DNA of 64,000 bases, taken from positions 85,996,001-86,060,000 of the forward strand of contig NW_024704742.1 of assembly GCF_018977255.1 (NCBI RefSeq). The letters are read 5' to 3'. The notes under the pieces were generated by a model. The model was not told the DNA's origin and searched no databases. It was given only the letters and a program-made list of their open reading frames with translations. Origin of the DNA: Callorhinchus milii (lineage: Eukaryota). Below are positions 24,049 through 36,300 of this stretch, one piece after another (positions within the stretch are counted from its first letter, which is position 1; every line of letters begins with the position of its first letter). The position numbers were made by a program, and so were the translations under genes.

Positions 24049-26127
24049 TAGAATCATAGAATTATGCAGCACAGAAGAAGGCCATTCGGCCCATCGTGTC
24101 TGTGCCGGCTCTTTTAAAAGAACTATCCAAATCAATCCCACTCCCCATAGCCCTGCAAACTTGTCCTCCCCAAATAGTTATCTACTTCTCTCTTAAAAGT
24201 TGTTATCGAATTGGCTTCCACTGCCCTTTCAGGCAATGCATTCCAGATCTGAACAACTCGCTGTGTGAAAAAATTTCTCCTCACCTCCTCTCCGTTTCTT
24301 TTAACAACTATTTTAAATCAGTATCCTCAGGTTACTGACCCACCCGACATTGGAAATAGCTGCTCCTTATTCATTCTATCGAAATCACCTCAGAATTATG
24401 AAAACTTTGATTAAGTCTCCTCTTAACCTTCTCTGCTCTAAGAATAAACCTAGCTTTTTAGCCTCTCCTGATAACTGAAGTCCCTCATTCCTGGTACCAT
24501 CCTGGTAAATCTCCTTTGCAACCTCTCCAATGCCTTGACATCCTTCCTAAAATGTGGTACCCAGAACTGAATGCAGTCTCTAGCTGAGGGCTAGCCAATG
24601 TTTTATAAAGGTTTATCATAAATTCCTGACTTTTGTTATTCTATACCCCTATTTTTAAAGCCTAGTATCCCGTATGCTTTTTTAACAGCTTTATCCATCT
24701 GTCCTGCCACCTTCAATGATGTATTTATATGACCCCCAGGTCTCTCTGTTACTTCACCCCCTTTAAGATTGTACCATCAGCGTATATTGCCTCTCCTCAT
24801 TCTTCCTCCCAAAATGCATCACTTCGCATTTCTTCACATTAAACTTCATCTGCCATATGTCTGCCCACTTTACCAGTCTGTCTATGTCCTCTTGCAGTCT
24901 GCTACAACAACAAGATTTAATTTATAGAGCCCCTTTCAAGTCGGGAGGACGTCCCAAGGCGCTGCACAGTTGGGTCGGGACCCGAGCAGCGGGGAAATGG
25001 TCAGGGTGAGGGGAGGGAAGGGAGGGAGCGAGGAGGGGGTAGAGAGTCGAGAGGGGAGCTGAAGGCACGGTCAAAGAGAAGGGTTTTGAGACCGGCCTTG
25101 AAGGAGGAAAGGGAGGAGGAAAGTCGAAGGCATTGGGCGATGGAGTTCCAGAGCCTCGGGGCTGAGAGGCTGAAAGCCTGGTCACCGCCCGGAGTTGCTA
25201 CTATTCAACTCACAGTTTACTAATTATCCTAGCTTAGTTTCATCTGCAAACTTGGAAATTGTACTCCCTATACCCAAGTCCAGGTCGTTTATATAGATCA
25301 AAAACAGCAGTGGTCCCAATACCGACCCCTGGGGGACGACATCACTACACATTTCCCTCCAGTCAGAAAAACAACCGTTTACCACCACTCTCTGCTTTCT
25401 GTTTCCCAGCCAGTTCTGTATCCAGGCTGCCACTGTCCCTTTAATACCGTGGGATTCTGTTTTGTTTTCAAGTCTCTTATGTGGCACTTTATCAAATGCC
25501 TTTTGAAAATCCATGTAAACTACATCAACTGCACTGCCTTCAAACACCCTCTCCGTTACTTCATCAAAAAACTCTATCAGGTTTGTTAGACACGATTTTC
25601 CTTTAACAAATTCGTGTTGGCTGTCCTTTATTAACACATATTCTTCTAAGTGAAAATTTATTTTGTCCCGGATTATAGTCTCTGGAAGTTTCCCCACGAC
25701 TGACATTAGGCTGACTGGCTTGTAGTTCCCGGGTTTATCCTTCTGCCCCTTCTTATCCAGAGAAGTAACATTTACAACCCTCCAGTCCTCTGGCACCACC
25801 CCGGTGTCCAAGGAGGATTGAAAGATTGTTGCCAGAGCCTCCATTATTTCCACTCTTACTTCTCTCAGTAACCTCGGATGCATCCCGTCCGGACTGGGTG
25901 ACTTATCTACCTTGAGCACCGTCAACCTTTTTAGTACCTTCTCTCGGTTTATTCTTATCCAATTTCTCTACCCTCTTCTCCGGTAACTCCGGCTGCATCC
26001 TCTTCTTTTGTGAAGACAGATGCAAAGTAATCATTCAGTACGTCAGCTATGCTCTTTCCTCCACAAGATTTCCTCTTTGGTCCCTAATTGGCCCCAACCT
26101 ACCTTTGACTAACCCTTTTATTCTTTA
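24049..26127 (-). mobile_element. CR1 LINE, 5'-truncated, with RT domain
   Basis: ORF 25925-25224: [15 protein letters not shown]...[13 protein letters not shown]...[20 protein letters not shown]...KFADETKLG; (ATTCTATG)-type tail near 24049. Confidence 0.95.
24906..25195 (-). mobile_element. Young L2 3' fragment inserted in the CR1
   Basis: (CAA)n tail; TSD tgctac at 24900-24905 and 25196-25201; very similar to the 3' end of the L2 at 41583. Confidence 0.85.
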
Positions 26128-26952
26128 ATGCTGTGTGCAAATTGTTGCTGCGTTCATTCACAAAACACAGTCACTGCACTTTACAGTATATCCTGCGAAG
26201 CGCTTTGGTACATGAAATGCGCTATACCCGACAGAAGGAATATTACTATTATTAAGTCCAGGTTAATACATGGAAAAGCAAAGAACAAGATAAATTACAG
26301 CCAGAGTATTCTGGAGCAAAAACAGCAGGTGAATTAAAATCATAGCAAAAGCTTCAGAGTGAGTTATTTTCAGAGAACCCCTGCTGTTTGGTGGAATTCT
26401 TGGGAGATTATTCCCTGTAATTAAAGATATCAATTGCACCTGACTGGGCACAGAGGTGGTGAATGTGATAAACAGTAAACAATCCCTAAACTGGCTCACA
26501 CAGAGCAGGGGCCATCCTTGCAGCTTCCAGTGAAATTACTATTATTTAATACCAAGCAGCTGTACACACTGCTTCATTCAATGCTTCTGCACTGAAAGTG
26601 GGGGCAAGAAATTCAGGTTGTGAACTGATTGGGGAGATGTAGAAAAGGTTAAAGTTTTACTTGAAGGAGCTAAAAATGTAATATTATACAGAGGAGGAGG
26701 TGGGATTGTGTCATTTTCGTTTCTCAGTGAATGAAGGGAGGGTTCCCAAGCACATTACTTACTCTTTGCACAGCCGTGTAAGTGAGTGAGTGAGTGAAGC
26801 AACCGAGGGAAGAGCAGCTGTCTTCTTTCCTTTGCTCTTTTATCTTCACAAATACAAAGCCTTTAGCACACACTGTGACAAACAGCACCCAGGCTGTGAT
26901 CTCAATCAGCGATGGATTAGAAAGTGGGGGTGGAAAAGGAGAGACGGAACGA

Positions 26953-26978
26953 CAGAGAGAGAGAGAGAGAGAGAGAGA
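26953..26978 (+). repeat. (GA)n microsatellite in the putative 5' UTR or promoter
   Basis: Direct observation. Confidence 0.9.
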
Positions 26979-27199
26979 CGGTACGTGTCTGTATCTTTAA
27001 TGGAAATGCCTCCACTAAAGCTGTTCGGCTGTTTCTAAAATAACCCCCTGCACCTGTGTTGCCACAAGAGGCGGAGGGGATTCTTTGCAACCTCCAGCCT
27101 TCTAATCACCAAATATCCAGTGAGAGAAGAAAGCTTTCGTGAGAAAGGTGATGCTTACATTTTTACCAGCATAAGCCGATCAATCTTTTCCCTGAAAGT

Positions 27200-27373
27200 A
27201 TGCGAACCAACAGAAAGAAGTGGCAAAGCCCAGGAGAGGTGGAGAGAAGGTGCTCTGTCCGGGATGAGGGTGGAGGACGGAGGTCGAGCCGAGGGAAATT
27301 TGCGGAATCTTGGAAAAGGCTGAGTTCGAAGCAGAGTTCCTTGAAGCGATCCGGTCTCCCATCTCAGCAACAG
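27200..27373 (+). CDS. Probable alternative first coding exon (58 codons, phase 0) of the host gene
   Basis: ATG at 27200 with A at -3; [58 protein letters not shown] then CAG|GTGAGC; CpG-retaining unique sequence; gene not identified. Confidence 0.7.
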
Positions 27374-27514
27374 GTGAGCAGGTTGCTGCCAGCATGTCTG
27401 TGTACAGGAGTCTGTCTGGGCATCAGACATGTTAACTGAGGTGTGGGTGGGGCTCTTTTCGAAAGTTCGGGCATTAATAACCCGCTGTCCCTAATGTCAG
27501 ATTGGTGTGGACAG

Positions 27515-27851
27515 ATAATAATAATAATAATCATAATAATAATCCTTGCATTTGATATAGCGCTTTTCACGTCGGGAGGACGTCCCAAAGCGCTTCACAG
27601 AACACACTGTAAAGTGAATTGACTGTATATTTGTGGGCGAACGCGGCAGCCAATTGCGCACAGCAATGTCCCACAAACAGTCGTAGATTGAAAATGACCA
27701 ATTTATTATTGTTTTTGGTTTTGGAGGGATTATTATTAGGCTCTGTGTGGAGTAAGGAAACTTGCCCAAGGTTTCGCCCTCTGCCTGGAATTGAACTCAG
27801 GTCTCTCACTTGCAAAGCGAGTGCTCTAACCACTGAGCTACAGGACTCCAC
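27515..27851 (-). mobile_element. tRNA-head SINE, short variant, young
   Basis: Complete head to (ATT)n tail with CpGs intact. Confidence 0.9.
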
Positions 27852-28819
27852 AAAGATCACTTTGGGTGGGGTGTTGATGGGGTGGGACAAGGGGGAATCA
27901 TCAATGGGATGACATATATACAATTTGCTACTAAGAGATTGAGTGAAAAGAATCAACTAAAACATCATATTGTGTACATTTAATTCTCAGTGCCTCAAGA
28001 TATAATGAAGTCTTAATTGAAGTAAAAATGATTAAAATTGATACTGCCTTTGGCTCTCCACTGCTGATCAATTGTTGGGACTTGGAAAATGCAAGACAGA
28101 GGAAAGGAAATTATGATTCCAGATGGAGGACATCCTGGTGCTTGCTGTTGCCTAGAGATGCATAATTTACTTCAAAACCTAAGCTAATGCTCCTAGAAAT
28201 GAAAGTGAGATGATTCTGCTGAGGCTGTCCCTCTCAAATAGGCGCTGTTGTACGTCAAGGGCTTATAAAAGCTTGCAAAATACACAAATGTTAGATGGTG
28301 AAACTGTGCTCAAAGCTATGGAAAATAAACTTGAAAAGTCTGTGAAACATTAACCGTCAAGATGTTCCATATGTAATGTTGTAAAATCCTAATGGATTTC
28401 ATACAAAACTGGAATTTCCCATTATGTGTTCTTTATCGAAAGGGGAAAGAGTGTAAGTGAAGGGAACTGTAAACGTATTGTGCAAACTTTATAGCAGCCA
28501 TACTCCTGGCTGTCATGTAGTTTTTACTGCACTGCGCTTCAGAGACAAGTAGAGTAGTGTACAGGTGGTAGAAAGATGTTGCCCATATACACAGAGGGGT
28601 TGTATTTCAGAAGATGCTGTTTGTTTATCTCAGGATCTAAGCCCTCCAGTTAATGCCCTGAACCCCAGCCGATGATGTGATTGTGATTAGTTATTACAAA
28701 CTGCCTGGTACAGCTCAGAAAAGAAAGAAAGGTAAATTGCTATTCTTGCATGAGTGCTTCAAGTGATCAGAAGTAATTGGTGTGGTTATCGCCTTGTGAC
28801 AATACAGAGAGATTGGACA

Positions 28820-29320
28820 GTTTGCAGGTTTTCTCTCTTGAGACGAGATGATTCAGAAGGCACTCACTCAATAGAGGTGTTTAAAATAATGAAAGGATTC
28901 GATAAGGTGGATGCTAATACACTACTTCCACTTGTTGCTGAGTCCAAAACAAGGGTCCATAAATATGATAGCCAGTGGCAGATCTAACAGGGAGTCAACA
29001 ATAACAACAACAACAAAATTACAAGGGGGAACTTCATTATGCAGAGGGTGGTGAGAATATGGGACTCACAACTGGAAGCTTTAGTTGAAGCAGAAAGCAT
29101 TAACATATTTAAGAGGAAATTTGAAGCATGCATGAGGGAGAAGTGAACAGAAAGCATAGGAGAAGGGATTAGCAGGCTCATTTGGAGTATGCGCTTTTAG
29201 ACATCTTGATGCTCTCAAGGCGCTCTTTCAAATGCAAGGATTATTTTGTTAATAAAAGTGGACAAGTTGGACTGAATGGCCAGTTTCTGTGTTTACAGTC
29301 TATGTAAATCTACGTAATAC
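28820..29320 (+). mobile_element. CR1 LINE 3' fragment
   Basis: IEVFKIMKGFDKVD...SKTRVHKY and tail ggactgaatggccagtttctgtg. Confidence 0.75.
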
Positions 29321-29924
29321 CTTTAAATAGTGCACCCTGTTGGCATGAAGAAAATTATTTGCCTTGTTTGTTTTGACTGTACCCCTGGAGACTGAGCTGA
29401 AAATGCTATGATTATTTACTGACCGACATTAAATAAGGACACATATAGTTGCTCCAAGGCTGTCTGAAATTCTTTTCCACAGCTGGATTTAGGGTTTTCC
29501 TATTTAGCCAAACACAGATTGACACCTATGGCTGGTAACATTGCAAAGAACAAGTGAAAATGTAGGAGTTACCTGTTGCACATGATCCATTACCATTGCG
29601 ATGAACAATGTCAGGAATAATCTTCACTAGAAAAACAGAACGAACTATACAGGGCAACTCGAACCTCTTAAAACCTCTTAATGTACAGTCCATTTAAATT
29701 CCAAACTCTTCTGAGGTACAATTACGTAATGTGTGAAACTCTGAGTGCATATCCCTTTTGTGTGATGTACCCTGACTCATGCTTTGCCTGCACAACACTC
29801 ACTGCAATCAGTGAGGCCCTTCAATAGTGGCTAAAGCTCCCCCACTCTTTGATTATTGACTGTAGTGACGGAATCCCAAACCCCTTCGTCCTGCGACATA
29901 GTCTTAGAAATAGTCTGTGTCTGA

Positions 29925-30390
29925 TTCTCTGTGGTGTTCTCGGTATTCTGGTTCCTGAGCCAGGTGGATCTGCCTGGGCACCAGGGCACTTCTGATAGCA
30001 GATCAGCCAGTCTGGCTCATCAAGAAGACTTGAAGGGGCAGAAGGGGGACAGAATTCTTCCCACTCAGCTCCTGTTAGCACTGCAAGCCGAAGCCCTAAT
30101 GGGGATGGTGATCCTAGCTCTTCACTGTCTGGCAAACTTCCCATTACTTGCTCTCAGTGACAAGCTATGAGGTTTTAGCTGGTTAAACTCCAGCAGTAGC
30201 CAAATGCACACTCTAAGATCCCCAAGCCTTGGCTCTTGTCAATCTGTGCCTAATACTCTCCCGAGTGTACATTCCATAACAAACACAGGGAAATTTCTAT
30301 CTCCAGGTGGCAATGTGCGAACTCTCAGCCTGGCTTGAATACTCTTGGCACGGCGATGGGTTTCCATATGTCAAACAGCTGTCTGACCAA
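29925..30390 (+). mobile_element. Unassigned structured retroposon-like family, diverged long copy
   Basis: ttcctgagccagg...ctggctcat, cagctcctgttagcactgcaagccgaagccctaa, caagctatg, cccaagccttgg and 3' end gtctgaccaaa. Confidence 0.75.
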
Positions 30391-30419
30391 AGAAATGCAC
30401 TCTGTTTGATTTGCTGAAT

Positions 30420-31853
30420 CCCAGCATAGACTGTGAAACGGCTTCTCCTCCAGCCCCCGGACCGTCTTGTGTGGAATTCCTCAGGGCTCTGTCCTTGGTC
30501 CCCTCCTCTTCAACATCTATATGCTGGCTCTTGGTGACATCATCTGCAGACATGGGGCGAACTTCCACATATATGCGGATGACACCCAACCTCTATCTCT
30601 CTGCCTCCACCCTTGACTCCTGGAGTACTGTGGAGTCCTGTAGCTCAGTGGTTAGAGCACTCGCTTTGCAAGTGAGAGACCTGAGTTCAATTCCAGGCAG
30701 GGCGAAACCTTGGGCAAGTTTCCTTACTCCACTCGCCTAATAATAATCCCTCCAAAAAAACAAAACAATAATAAATTGGTCATTTTCAATCCATGACTGT
30801 TTCTGGGACACTGCTGTGCGTAATTGGCTGCCGCATTCGCCCACAAATATGCAATCAATTCACTTTACAGTATATTCTGTGAAGCGCTTTGGGACGTCTA
30901 GAAGATGTGAAAAGTGCTATATCAAATGCAAGGATTATTATTATTACTGCTGTGCTGACAGAATGTCTGTCAGACATCAAGTCCTGGATGAGAGCCAACT
31001 TTCTTCAATTGAATGTCAACAAGACCGAGGCTCTCCTGATTGGCTCCCATTAGCGCCTCCTCACATCAGGCGCTGACAGCATTACCATCCATGGTTGCAC
31101 ACTCCACCTTACTAAGCCAGTCCAGAACCTTGGGGTCTTGTTTGACGCTTAACTTTCTGCCTCACATCTGCGCCATGACCCGCTCTGCCTTTCCCCACTT
31201 CCACAACGTCACCCTGCTCAAACACTGTCTCACACTGCAGGCCACCGAAACCCTCATACACGCCTTTATTACATCAAGGCTCGACTATGCAAACTCATTG
31301 CTTGTCGGCCTCTCCAACTCCTCCCTCTACAGGCTCAGATCATCCAGAACTCTGCAGCCCGTGTCCTTTCCTGCACTAGGCTCCCCAACCCTATCACCCC
31401 CATCCTTGCCCAACTCCACTGGCTTCCCATCACACAGTTCAAGATCCTGGTCCTCACCTTCAAAGGCCTCCACGGTCTTGCTCCCCCCTACCTCTCCAAC
31501 CTCCTACCCCCTACCACCCTGTTCGCTCCCTCCGCTCAAAGGGCCCTGGCCTGCTTCGCGTCCCCTGCCTTGCTCACCCCACTATCGGTGGGAGGGCCTT
31601 CCGTCACTCTGCACCCACCCTCTGGAACTCCATCCCGCAGTCCCTCCATCTCGCCCCCTCCCTTGTCACCTTCAAGACCCACATCAAGACCCCTCCTCTT
31701 TGTGCTTTCTATCTCCCTGCTTCTTCCCCTCCACCCTCCCCGACCCCGATTCTCAGCTTGGGTCTGTACAGGGTCTGTAACGCTGTCTATCCAGCGCCTT
31801 GGGACATCCTCCTGACTTGAAGGTGCTATACAAATGTAATTTTGTTGTTGTTG
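30420..31853 (+). mobile_element. L2 LINE, 5'-truncated, interrupted by a SINE
   Basis: [11 protein letters not shown] and HIYADDT codons at about 30478-30585; TETLIHAFITSRLDYANSLL; (TTG)n tail. Confidence 0.9.
30631..30944 (+). mobile_element. tRNA-head SINE, short variant, nested in the L2
   Basis: Full-length copy; TSD tactg at 30626-30630 and 30945-30949. Confidence 0.9.
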
Positions 31854-32691
31854 AAACCTGATGTATCAAAGCCAAACCTGATACTGGGGTCTAATTTGTA
31901 AATAGCTAATCCTGTAGGTGCATGGATCTGTTTCAGTCCAACTCTCTGGAATTCTGCTCAAGTGCCAATTGCCTGCTGAGAACTGGGCGTTTCTTCCAGG
32001 AATCCATCTTTACAAGCACTTGGGACTCTGCCTGAGGGGCTCCATGTAAATGCACCTTTCATGTCAAGAGGATGTCCTGAAACACTCAGATGGTTGAATG
32101 ATTAGCTATTTTCAAATTGTCTTGCAAATTAGACCCAATTGTACGCACCTCATGTCAGCACATACCCAATTTTGTGAGTCAGTGGCCAGCAACCAGAAAC
32201 TGGGAACTTGACTGATATTTCACTTCCGAGCCATGGGACAACAAGATCAAGTTTAGCCACCTTACTGCTACTGTAGATGAGAAAGGTTTACTCAGCTTAG
32301 AACTGTGATTGAATGCTGGGACTCTCTGGACCAGTAGGGTTGAGTTTCACACTGGGCATTAGCTTTAAGAGAAACCAGCAATTCATCATTTAATGGTCTT
32401 GGAAGCAAAAAAGTTTTTTTTAAATCAAATATTTAATCATCTTCTTGATGATTAATTTTTTTTTTTACCTGACTTGATGATTATTATTAATAACAATATT
32501 AATAATCAACTGAAAGACACCCTTCACTATTTAAAATTTTCCTTGTGACAATCTATATATGTCTCTCCGTCTCAATGAAGAGCTACTCTTTAATTTTGAG
32601 GTGTGAAATTCCACATAATACAATTTTGAACGTTAGTTAAGATGTGATCGCAACATCATTAGGTTTATAGTACTTATGGAAAGGGACAAGG

Positions 32692-33486
32692 GTCAATCAA
32701 AGGTGAAGATACTCAACTGGAAGAGGGCTAATTTCAATGAATTGAAAAGGGATCTAGCCAAGGTGGACTGGAAAGAAAGATTAGCAGGTAAAACAGCTGA
32801 TGAGCAATGGGAAGCCTTCAAGGAGGAGATAATTTGGCGATAGGACAAATGCATTCCCACAAAGGGGAAAGGTAGGGCATCTAACCTCCTTGGATGACTA
32901 AGTAAATTGGGATTAAAATAAAACAGGAAAGGGAAGTTTATGATAAATGTCAGGTTCAAAATACAGAAGATAATCAAATAGAACTTAGAAAGTACAGAGG
33001 AGAACTGAAAAAGGAAATAAGAGGGGCAAAGAGATTGTGTGAGAAAAGATTAGCGGGTAACATAAAAGGGAATCCTAAGGTATTTTATAAGCATATGAAG
33101 AATAAAGGGTTAGTCAAAGATAGGGTGGGGCAATTGGGGACCAAAGAGGAAATCTTCTTGTGGAGGCAGAGGGCATTGCTGACGTACTGAATGAGTACTT
33201 TGCATCTGTCTTCACAAAAGAAGAGGATGCAGCCAATGTCACAGTATCGGAGGAGAGGGTGGAAAAATTGGATAGGATAAGAATAAAACAGACGAGGTAC
33301 TAAAAAAGTTGATGGTACTCAAGGTAGATAAGTCACCTGGTCCGGATGGGATGCATCCCAGGTTACTGAGAGAAGTTAGGGTGGAAATAGTGGAGACTCT
33401 GACCACAATCTTTCAATTCTCCTTGAACACCAGAGTGGTGCCAGAGGACTGGAGGGTTGCAAATGTTACTCCCCTTATCAAAAAAA
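32692..33486 (+). mobile_element. CR1 LINE internal fragment (linker to RT start)
   Basis: [28 protein letters not shown]...VPEDWRVANVTPL; same family as 24049. Confidence 0.85.
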
Positions 33487-33899
33487 TGTTAAAACACATC
33501 TCTCGGTTTTCTTTAACCGTTACTGACAGTTACAATCAAATAACTGTTTACATTAATCGTTAAACTCTTAGTTTAACACAAGATTTTGAAAAAAGGTATT
33601 TTTCCATTAATTTACGTACTCAAGAAGACTGAGATTCACTGCACTTCACTACAGCCTCTGGCATTACCTACATCGGGTAGGGAAGAAATGTGCTATGTGG
33701 GGATGGGTGGGTGAAGAAGTGCAACAATGAATATATCAGTGTATTGAGGGGAGGTTCCTACACTGCTGTAGGAAAGTGGTCTGTAACTGATTCGCAGAAT
33801 AATGAATGTTAACATTGAAAACACTGCTCATTTGGTTATTGCATTGGGACGTGAATCAGATGATCTAAGCTGACACTCCAGTGCAGTGCTGCGGGTAGC

Positions 33900-34180
33900 C
33901 CTTCGGCTGTCTGTGCTGGCTCTTTTAAGGGCAATCCTTTCAGTCCCATTTACCTGTGCTTTCCCCATACCCCATGGTTTACTTTTTATTTGTTTATCTA
34001 CTTCCCTTATGAAAACTAATCTGGATTCTGACTTAGTTACCGCTCTAGTCCGGGCATTCCATATCCTAACTACTCTGTGTGTGAACCTCTCCATTTGTAC
34101 ATTTGCTAATTATCTTAAATTGATGCCCTCTCATCACCGCATCACCAGTCAGTGAAAATAATTTCTTAATTCAACTAATA
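33900..34180 (-). mobile_element. CR1 LINE 3' fragment
   Basis: FTHRVVRIWNA...FIREVDK on the minus strand. Confidence 0.65.
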
Positions 34181-34304
34181 TCCTGTGAAGAAATAATCAA
34201 ATGCTTCCTCTAAGGTTTAAAATTAAAGTAGTTCTTTTTTAATATACAAGGAAGCGGAATCTAATAAACAAAGTTGGGAGGGGGGGTGGGGGGATCTAGC
34301 ATTA

Positions 34305-34888
34305 TGAGCTGAACTGGCTCCAAGGTGACATGCCTGGCAATGGAATGTCAGAATCCAGCCAACCCTCTGGTGATCTCTAGTCTGTATCCTGAGCCAGATG
34401 GATCTGCAGTACTACAAGGCAACGCTGATGACAGCATAGCCAGCCTGGCTCATCGACAGGACCTAGAAGGGCAGATTAGTCACTGGGGGCAGGGAGTCAT
34501 TCCTCTCAGCTCCTGTTAACCTGCAAGCCAAAGCCCTAAGAGGTAGGTTGTTCTTAGCTGAACAAGCAGCGGAAAGCTTTCCAGACAAGAACATCAATGG
34601 TAAGCTATGTGGTTTTAACTGGTTAGACTCCATCAGTAGGAATTCTGGGGACCCAAGCCTTGGCTTTTGCCAACTGAGGCTAATCCTTTCCGGAATTAGG
34701 TAAGCAGGATGCATCCCTCCAGGGAGAGAGTGTGCATTCTGTTCCAACAATCTATCTGTGGGATTTCCATGTGTAAGTGGGATTTCCATGTGTAAGTGGG
34801 ATGCATGGAATCTGTTTAGTTTGGATACTTTTAAGCATGATGATGATGGGTTTCTGCATGTGTCAAAACCTGGTTGACCAAAAAAAAT
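34305..34888 (+). mobile_element. Unassigned structured retroposon-like family, long copy
   Basis: Colinear with 48945-49502 from ggctccaaggtgacatgcctggcaatggaatgtc to ttgaccaaaaaaaa. Confidence 0.85.
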
Positions 34889-36086
34889 TTACTTTGAAAT
34901 CGGCAGTTCTTGAAAGAATGTATGGAAAAACAACTTAAAAACTAATTTAAGAGCTTGCCAAATTCTAGATGCTTTGAAAGGCTACGAAAGGGCAGTAAAT
35001 CTAGGATTTCTTCTCCATTGTGTCAAAATGCTGTGCATCCACAGAGTTCTGAATTGGGGGGCATTCGTAATAACTATGAACTAACACAAAGAGGAATAAA
35101 TCAGGCTTTCAGTTCCTTCCAGTAGTGTACGTGCAGCAACAAAACTGTTCCTCCTGGAACTGACTACAGATGGAGTCAGGGGTCACGCTGCCCTGTCCTC
35201 ATAGAAGTGACCAAATAACGAAGACAAAATTGGAAATGTTGAAAATGCACGAATTCTATTCTCAACTGTTGCTGCTGCATCATGTTTATCGATTAATTTG
35301 GCTACTAACGGTACATCACCACTGAATCAACTTGGTAATGATTTAAACCTTCAGTCAGGAGGGCACCTCCCCTGTCTCCCTAGCTTGGCATCAAGCTCCA
35401 CCATTGTTAAGAGCGCCGAGATGCTACGTGAATGAAGGGCGCAATATAAATAAATGTAGGTTGTTGTTACGACAACTTGCATTTATATAGCACCCTCTAA
35501 GCTGGGTTCTATCCTATCAATGCTATCAACCGAGTCTATCTTAGAGCGCTTAACAGTGGCAGAGCCTAATACTGAGCCATAGAGGTGATTGTTGGCACAT
35601 TTGAGTGATAGAATACAGAATGCAAATTTCTCCTCTACACTTCACAATACTCATTTATATAAAAATGTGGCTAAACAGCAGTAATTTCACCCTTGCAACG
35701 TTATTCCAGAGTACACATGAATGTTGCAAACTCCCCTCGGGGTTCTGATATCAATCTGAACCTTTAGTGAGATAACTGCTTCGGAATCATCCATCTCTGT
35801 GCACAAGCAGGCAATGTGCTTGTTGTCTTTAATCACTCCAAAAGAACAAATGAGAATTAAGGATTTTCCACATTTAATGGGTGATAACCCAGTGGATAGG
35901 GTTTTTCTTCATGTTGTGCTTGCTTGAAAACATATCATGCTGTTTCTATTTCCTTCATTGTCCAGTGTCCTTGTCCTCAGTAGTCCTCGCTGATAGAAGG
36001 GGAGGGTAACTTTGGTACCCTACATACAGGAAAGATAACAGCCCCACTGTAAATTCTAGCACAGCTGCACCACTCAGCCTGTATCC

Positions 36087-36300
36087 CTGGGTAATGTCCC
36101 CTGTGTGTGTGCATGCACGTGTAATGCTGGGTAACTAACTCCCTGTGTGTGTGAGTGTGTTCCACTGGGTAACTTTGCATGTGTGTGTGTGCCTCTGGGT
36201 AACGTCCTGTGTGTTTGTTTGTGCCGTTGGGTAACGTCCCCTGTGTGTGCACGTGTGGTGCTGGATAACTCCCCATGTGTGTGTGTTTCGCTGGGTGAAT
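36087..36300 (+). repeat. Degenerate minisatellite, about 7 units of 30-40 bp
   Basis: Units start ctgggtaa (or variant) at about 36087, 36127, 36165, 36195, 36227, 36261 and 36291, each followed by a (TG)n-rich stretch. Confidence 0.75.

Larger units (their letters stand above)
23780..26255 (+). mobile_element. Deu-domain SINE split by a CR1 insertion
   Basis: 5' part ends gtttgtgggacatt (about 24048); continues tgctgtgtgcaaattg at about 26129. Confidence 0.7.

Noticed and set aside
27790..27851. tRNA-like sequences (also at 15848, 17478, 30631 and 55371)
   Set aside because: They are SINE heads that continue into SINE bodies and lack a complete cloverleaf.
31040..31780. Long ORFs (246 aa here, 270 aa at 41604-42416, 228 aa at 56711-57397)
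   Set aside because: Frames or alternative frames of L2 ORF2 remnants, not host genes.
36087..36300. Repeat-spacer appearance reminiscent of CRISPR
   Set aside because: Eukaryotic context, short degenerate repeats, spacers similar to each other, no cas genes.
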